Shown here: one piece after another, positions 57,331 to 64,000 of the stretch | Layout of the letters: each line of letters begins with the position of its first letter | How positions within the stretch are numbered: the stretch's first letter is position 1 | Assembly (NCBI GenBank): GCA_965603825.1 | Contig: CBFDEM010000051.1 | Location: 310,001-374,000 of the forward strand | DNA: 64,000 bases | Origin: Blepharisma stoltei ATCC 30299 | Taxonomy: Eukaryota; Protista; Ciliophora | Direction of reading: 5' to 3' | Position numbers and translations under genes: made by a program | Notes under the pieces: model-generated | Told to the model about the DNA's origin: nothing | The model's database searches: none | Seen by the model: the letters and a program-made list of their open reading frames with translations, nothing else

Positions 57331-59568
57331 TTACTTAGGAGTAGTTATGAGCCTTTTTATATTTGGAATCATCAAGCTTAACTCTCTTCTGTTTTCTTCC
57401 AAATCTCTCTTTTCTTTTTCAAGCAGTGATTTTTCTATACAAAGTTCACGCTTTTCAGCTTGAAATTTCTTAATTTTTGTAATCAATTCTTTATTTTCTT
57501 CTTTTATTCTCATTTTTTCGTTTTCAAATTCTAATAAATCTTTCTCAAGTTTCAATCTTTTACTCTCCAAGTCTTCTTTTCCTTCGCAATTTTTCTTTTC
57601 CTGGCTTTTAAACCATCCTAGCTTTTCTGTTTCTTTTTTAAGTACTTTTCATTCTTCGTCAATGATTTTTCTACATTTTAGCACTTCTTGTCTCTGTTCA
57701 TCCATGCGTGTCCATTCTTCATCTAAAGCAATCCTATGACAGTCATATTTTTTTTCTTGCACTGTGATATATGTCAGTCTTTCTGAGCACTGCTTTTCTC
57801 TTTCAGCCAATTTCTTTTGCCTTTCATTGACTTCTTTTATTTTTTCTTTTAAGAGCTTTTTTTTCTCTAGAAACTTTTCTTGTTCTTTTATGAATTCTTC
57901 TTTGGTAGAATCTAAAGTTGTGGCTGTAGATTTACTAGAGTTTCTATGGTATTTATGAAAATCATCTTTTGTGATGTCGAGAGAAAAAGCAGTCGAGCTA
58001 TTTGAGTTTCTTTGGAACTTATTTTGAGTTAAATCAATACAGTCAATAAAAATTGATGACTTTGAGAGGTCTTCGTTCATCACAAAAGAGTTTTCATCTT
58101 GCTTTTGAAAAGTGATTCTGGCTGGATCTGCAATAGATTGATCAAGGCAAATCGATAAATCTTGCTCAGAACAGTTTGAACTGAACTTTTGATGCTGCTC
58201 TTTAGGATGATCGATTTTTGAATTTTCCAGCAAGCTGGTTAGAGAAATATTGGAGTAGCTTTTATCTTGTTTGTCACTATTTTTTGTAACGATTTCTGAG
58301 ATCAGTTGCTCAATAAGCATTTCAAGCTCATAAATTCTTACTTGGGCAGCATCATGAATGCAGTTTGATAAAATATCTTTCATATCATCTCTATCGTTTT
58401 CATATGAAATTTTTGATTGAAGGCTAATTATTTCTTCTTCTAACTGATGAGAATAAGCTATATAATCTACCTCGATTTTATTTTCAATAAACTCTCTATC
58501 AGTGAATGACTCACTAATAGGTGGCTTGGCTTGCAATAAATAGTTAATTTTTTCAGTTTTATTTGGGGTTTTCATATTTAGATATTCAGAAAAAATGGGC
58601 AAAGAGAGCCTTTGGGCTTCAATTTCGTCTGCATAGTTTACTTTGATTCTGATTGACGCTAAGCCGACTTGCAAGGTGAATTCTACTGGACACCCAAATT
58701 CTTCCATTTCACTGATTATCTCATTAACTCTGTTGCCAGCTGCTTTGATATCGTCTGGAGAGCATTCTAATTCTATATCTTCGCTTAAATTTATTTCTTT
58801 GTGTGTGCTAGCCTGCTCATTTCCTTTAATTATCTCAAGGGCTTCATTAAACAGCGTCTGCAGTTCCATTTCAGTATTATCTTTATTGCTCTCTATGATA
58901 TCTCTCCCTATTATTTCTTGCAATGAACTTTTGAAGTTTTCTACTTGCTCTACATACATTTCAACCTCTTTACATTTTGCGTTTTCTTTTTCCTCCATCA
59001 GATTTTTCAATAATTCTGCATTTTTTTCATTTTTTGATTTTAGTCTTTCATTTTCTCTTTGCAAGCTCTCTATATTTTCTATCTCTTCTTTTATTTTTTC
59101 AATCTCCGTTCGAAGCCCTTCATTTTCGTTTCTCAAAATTTCAATTTGATTTTCTTTTTTTTCAATCTCATCTTTCAGCGCATCCTCCGCTTCAGTGATT
59201 TTTTTCTTCATCATCCTAAACTCAGTTTTTTTCTGGGCAATTTCTTCTAATGCTTGATTTAAAGCTTTTGCTTTTTGCTCAAGTTTGATTTCTAGTTCTT
59301 CATTTTTTTCCTTTTCAATTTCCAAGTCACTCTTTAAAAGCTCAATTTCAGTTAAATTTGTAATATCATCAAGCGGTGTCCTTTCAATATGTGATGATTT
59401 TGTTTTTGAATGCTTGGCTGAATATATATAATATTTTGTGTCTGGGGCTGTTGTGGAGACTATAAGCTCTCTATCAGTTGAAATTGGGGTTTCTTCCTAT
59501 TTATTTTTTACAGTTCCTCCTTCTATATAAGAGTTTCCAAATCTTTTAGAAATTGGAGTTCTTAACAT
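57331..59568 (-). CDS. Long coiled-coil hypothetical protein
   Basis: ATG 59568, intron 59497-59511, ORF 57649..59325, TGA 57649, then the C-terminal ORF to TAA 57331. Confidence 0.72.
59497..59511 (-). other. 15-nt intron gtaaaaaataaatag
   Basis: GT..AG with A10; connects the upstream ATG exon in frame. Confidence 0.7.
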
Positions 59569-59602
59569 TTTAAATTAAATTATGAAAAATGAAATAATAA
59601 AA

Positions 59603-60670
59603 ATGCTTGATATTCGGGTTGGAGGCAGATACCGTATTGGCAAAAAAATAGGCAGCGGCTCATTTGGAGAAATTTACCTCGGAGTAGACATCCAGACAAA
59701 TGAAGAAGTCGCGATAAAACTTGAAAAAATTGAGTCAAGGCACGCTCAGCTGATATACGAAAGTAAGCTCATAAGACTTCTCCAAGGTGGGCCAGGTCTT
59801 CCCGGAATTCTCTGATATGGCATAGAAGGGAATTTCAATGCGATGGTTATGGAATTATTAGGTCCAAGCCTCGAAGACCTTTTTAATTTTTGTAATAGGC
59901 GATTTACGTTGAAAACCGTTCTTATGCTTGCTGACCAAATGATTTGTAGAGTAGAGTACGTGCACTCAAAAAATTTTATACATAGAGATATTAAACCCGA
60001 TAACTTTTTAATCGGACTTGGCAAGCGGAGCAGTTTGCTGTATATCATTGATTTTGGGCTCGCAAAAAAATACAGAGACCCTAAAACTCATGTACATATT
60101 CCTTATATTGAGGGGAAAAACCTCACAGGGACAGCAAGGTATGCATCAGTTAATACACATATCGGGATTGAGCAATCCCGAAGAGACGATTTAGAGTCAA
60201 TTGCTTATGTGCTGATGTACTTTTTAAGAGGAAGCTTGCCATGGCAAGGAATTTCAGCTCATGGAAAACAGGAAAAGTATCAGAAAATTAAGGAGTCAAA
60301 AATCAATACAAGTGTAGAAATGCTTTGCAGAGGATTCCCTAATGAATTTATGACGTATATTAATTATTGCAGAGAACTTAAGTTTGAGGAAAAGCCAGAT
60401 TATGGGTATCTAAGAAGGCTTTTTAAAGATTTGTTTGTAAGAGAAGGGTACGATTATGATTATGTATACGATTGGACGTTATTGAATTACTCCAATGCAA
60501 GACCATTGAGAAGCAGAGCTCACCATGAAGAAGAGAAAAAAGAAATTAGAAATGTAGATGTCAGCAGGGAAGTGGTAAATATAAGTGACAATGCTGAGAA
60601 TAAGCAAATTGAAAGACAAGATACGAAGAAATCTGAAAAGAAAAGCAAAAATAAATGTGAAATCTTTTAA
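59603..60670 (+). CDS. CK1: Casein kinase I
   Basis: [28 protein letters not shown](TGA 59813)[42 protein letters not shown]. Alternative in-frame ATG at 59582. Confidence 0.96.
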
Positions 60671-60820
60671 ATAAATTAAAAAATCTATGTTTTTATAAAA
60701 TCTGGACACTTTATTTTAAAAATCGTAAAACTTATTTTATACCTGCATAAATATGCATCTCTGAGAGCAAGCTAAATCTTTTGTGTGCTCTTATCATATT
60801 GACATATTTTTTAGCCACTC

Positions 60821-61630
60821 ATGAGCCAGCAACGCAAGCAACAAAGAGAAGAAGATATCCAACTTCTACTTGCCGTTAAAGCCCACCTTGGCACTCCAAA
60901 TGTCTCAGAACAAATGAAGCCTTATGTTTTCCAAAAACGTGCAGATGGCTTAAACATCATTCACTTAGGTAAGACTTGGGAAAAATTAATGCTCGCAGCC
61001 AGAGCTATTGTAGCAGTTGAAAACCCAGCCGATGTCATCGTCATTAGCGCTAGACCATATGGACAACGTGCAGTTCTGAAATTCTCACAATACACTGAAA
61101 CTTCTTATCTAGCTGGCAGATGGACTCCAGGAACTTTCACAAACCAGAAAATCCCTAAATTTATGGAGCCAAGGCTTATTATTGTTACAGACCCACTTAC
61201 AGACCACCAGGCTTTAATTGAAGCCTCATATGCCAATGTCCCAACAATTGCATTCTGTGACACCGATTCACCAATGAAATTTGTTGACATTGCAGTTCCT
61301 TGTAACAACAAAGCCAAAAACTCAATTGCAATGATGTACTGGTTATTAGCAAGAGAAGTACTTTATTTAAGAGGAGCTTTAAGCAGAACCCAACAGTGGG
61401 ATGTTATGGTTGACTTGTTTATATGGAGAGACATAGAAGCCGAAGAAAGAGCTGCTAAAGAAAAAGGAGAAGCTGTAAGAGAAACAAGACAAAGGAAAAA
61501 AGAGCAATGGGATGAAGCAGGAGCAGAAGCTGCAGAACACCCAGCAGAAGAGCAGAACCTCGCTGAAGGAGAAAACTGGGAAGAAGGGCAAGGATGGAGT
61601 GAAGAACAACCAGCACAAGGCTGGGACTAA
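60821..61630 (+). CDS. RPSA: 40S ribosomal protein SA (uS2)
   Basis: [64 protein letters not shown]. Confidence 0.97.
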   Translation: MSQQRKQQREEDIQLLLAVKAHLGTPNVSEQMKPYVFQKRADGLNIIHLGKTWEKLMLAARAIVAVENPADVIVISARPYGQRAVLKFSQYTETSYLAGRWTPGTFTNQKIPKFMEPRLIIVTDPLTDHQALIEASYANVPTIAFCDTDSPMKFVDIAVPCNNKAKNSIAMMYWLLAREVLYLRGALSRTQQWDVMVDLFIWRDIEAEERAAKEKGEAVRETRQRKKEQWDEAGAEAAEHPAEEQNLAEGENWEEGQGWSEEQPAQGWD

Positions 61631-61673
61631 CTAATTCCTTTTTAGACATTTCTAGGTTGATTCTTTTAAATTA

Positions 61674-62372
61674 TTATGGCTGAGACGACATTTTTCTTTC
61701 GACTCTTTCAACTAATCCATCTACATATTCCTTTGCAGCAACTTCAGCTGGTGAGCTTAAAGAAGGTATAGCTGATTCTTGCAGTTTAGTTTCTATTTCG
61801 ATATGCTGGTGGCCTTCATTATGAGTTTCGTGAACTGTATGATGAGACTCATGATGAGTGACTTCAGTGTGCTGTATATGTACCTCATGGCGGGTTTCTG
61901 TTATGACTTTATGCGTTTTTGTTTCGGAAAATTCAGATTTTTTCTCATTAACTTGTATATCAAATTTGTTTTCATGATGCCCTAGTTCATTTTTCTTTTC
62001 TTCTTGAGATTTTGGATGTTTTGATGCGGTATTTTTTTCTTTATGCTCTATTTGCTCTTGATTTTCAATTTTTGGATTGACTTGGCTAGGAATTTTTGGT
62101 TCAGAGCCTGGCTTAGTGGAATATTTGATTTTTTCTGGCTCTTTTCTGATTATTTTAGGATAGTCGCATGGCCTGGGTGCTCTTGGATTTGCTTCATCCC
62201 AAATAAATTCTTTTCCCTAAATATTAGTCACAGCTTGCTTGCATTTGAAATACTCTGCAGCAAATTTGATTATATCTTGAGGTTGTAAGCGGAGAATTTC
62301 TCGTGTTAAATCACGCAATATGTTTGGAAATTCTGGAGGTATTGGAAACTGCTGCAGGTACTTGCTTGCCAT
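61674..62372 (-). CDS. RIIa-type dimerisation/docking domain protein with His/Glu-rich tail (227 aa)
   Basis: IPPEFPNILRDLTREILRLQPQDIIKFAAEYF, intron 62217-62231, open frame to TAA 61674-61676. Missing from the ORF track. Confidence 0.8.
62217..62231 (-). other. 15-nt intron gtgactaatatttag (GTG donor variant)
   Basis: GT..AG with A10; removes an in-frame TAG. Confidence 0.75.
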
Positions 62373-62411
62373 AACTGCTTTGAAATTATTTAAGAATAAA
62401 AATATAAATTT

Positions 62412-64000
62412 ATGTCAACCGAACCTTCTCTCCCTAAATCAGCAGAGGCAGAGCACGAGTGCAAAGAAAGCTCATGCAAAAGATGCAGAGGTCATAAATG
62501 TGAAGAAAAACCCAAAGTTCCCAAACAGCGACAAAGACTTTTACCTGACAAATCTGAACATCTGGTTTTGTTTAAGATAAAGTATCCTTCTCTATATGAA
62601 AAACTCAGATCAGCCATTGTGCAGTTCAGACTGCTTGGAGAAGAAAAAGGCATCGGAAGAATGAGGAACAACCAAGAGCCAATGATTTCAGAATGAAATG
62701 ATCTTTTAGAAAACAAATTCAAAGAAATCAGAAGGAGAAAGCGACTGGATTTAGCAAAATATAATGTGATATCTTCTCTTGATGACCTTACGATGAATGA
62801 TATGAGAAGAAATAATTTACTGTCTGGAGAAGAAAAAATCACCACAAACTATGGCACAAAAACGTTCGCAGAAGTTATTGAGTCGTTGAAGAAGTCCCCA
62901 TTTTTCATTAACTACATGAAAAGAAAAGAAGTAGAAAAAGAAATTTTAGAAATCGGTCCTGATTTATTTGCACAGATCGAGCTCGAAGTAGCTGAAGAGG
63001 TGATTGGAGAATATAATGACTATTTAGTTCAAGTCAAAAATTTAAGAAAAAAATACTTGCAGGAAAGAAGTAAAAAAAGTTCAGATAAATTGAGGACAGA
63101 AAGCTCAAGAAGCTATGAAAATGGATCATTTACTGATAGATCATCACTGTATAGAAAATCGAATGATCGGCCTGCAAGTTTGTCAAGAGGGAAAATCACA
63201 TATAAAAAAAACACTATTGATTTATACACAGGTGGACCAAATATTAAAAAATTTGAATGGAAAATATATTCATATGAAGATAGAATCTGTGCTGCAATAA
63301 AAATTCAATCTCATATTAGAAGATATTTGGCTAGAAAACACTACATAGCATTAAAGCTTAACAGATTGAGACATAAAAACCGCTCAAAATCTGTTAATAG
63401 ACCGAATAGAAAAACGCTTTCAACCCTTGAAGACGAAAAAATTTCGAAGCTTGAGCAGTTAATTTCTTTTATAAAAGAAAACGATTTAAAATCAATAAAA
63501 AAAATCACTCATACTTTTTCCATAGATGCTTTAAATTCAAAAGATAGCAGAGGAAATACAGCGCTTTATTATGCTTGTCAGCAGGGTTCTCTTCTTATGG
63601 TGTCATATTTGTGCACATTAGGTGCAAGTATTAATATAAAATGTGAAAAAAATTCCACTGCTTTGCATGCTGCATTTATGAGCGATAATGCTGATCTTGT
63701 ATACTACTTAATAAATAGAGGAGGAGACTTAACTGTTTTTAATGATGATTTTTCAACTCCTTTAGATTATGCAAGTGGAAAATTAGCCTCTCTTCTTGGA
63801 GTCAACTTGAAGCAGCCTAAAGGGAAAATAGTAGATAAAGGAGTAATTATGAAAAAATTCAAGCACGGAGCTCTCAGCTATTTAAGAAAGCATGAAAGGA
63901 GCAACACAGAAATTAAAAAGCAAGAAGCTATTTATACTGAAACTTCAGAAGAGCCAGAAATGCTGGCTACATTTCAAGTTAGAGAAATTCGAGAATACAG
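62412..64000 (+). CDS. IQ-motif and ankyrin-repeat protein (3' end runs off the window)
   Basis: Reads through TGA 62694; AAIKIQSHIRRYLARK IQ motif; RGNTALYYAC, NSTALHAAF and STPLDYA ankyrin repeats. Confidence 0.8.

Overview
This is AT-rich, gene-dense eukaryotic nuclear DNA with about 50 protein-coding genes in 64 kb. I found no convincing rRNA, tRNA, transposon or CRISPR array. Two features fragment the supplied ORF track. First, TGA is a sense codon for Trp (about 50 in-frame cases, many at invariant Trp positions), while TAA and TAG terminate genes. Second, the spliceosomal introns are only 15 nt (16 found, consensus GTR-N6-A-N2-YAG). This combination matches the macronuclear genome of a heterotrich ciliate of the Blepharisma type; that assignment is inferred from established knowledge. 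Reassembled genes include EB1, NDUFS8, roadblock dynein light chain, a RING-PHD protein, CEP70-like, PTH2, two CDPKs, prefoldin 6, WNK, two PKGs, metaxin-like, a GOST-type 7TM protein, a countin-like saposin, PSMD5, OST-alpha, a tandem DJ-1/PfpI pair, ATG8, DNAJC8, two CBM20 proteins, MIOS, CK1 and RPSA. The most unusual items are a WNK kinase fused to a bacterial-type peptidoglycan-binding domain, a chorismate lyase (UbiC/Ycf21)-like gene, a kinase with a YbjN-like N-terminal domain, a MIOS lacking its WD40 propeller, an asymmetrically diverging prokaryote-like DJ-1/PfpI duplicate, and divergent genes whose start codons are only 15 nt apart. All domain calls come from motif recognition by eye; no database searches were run.
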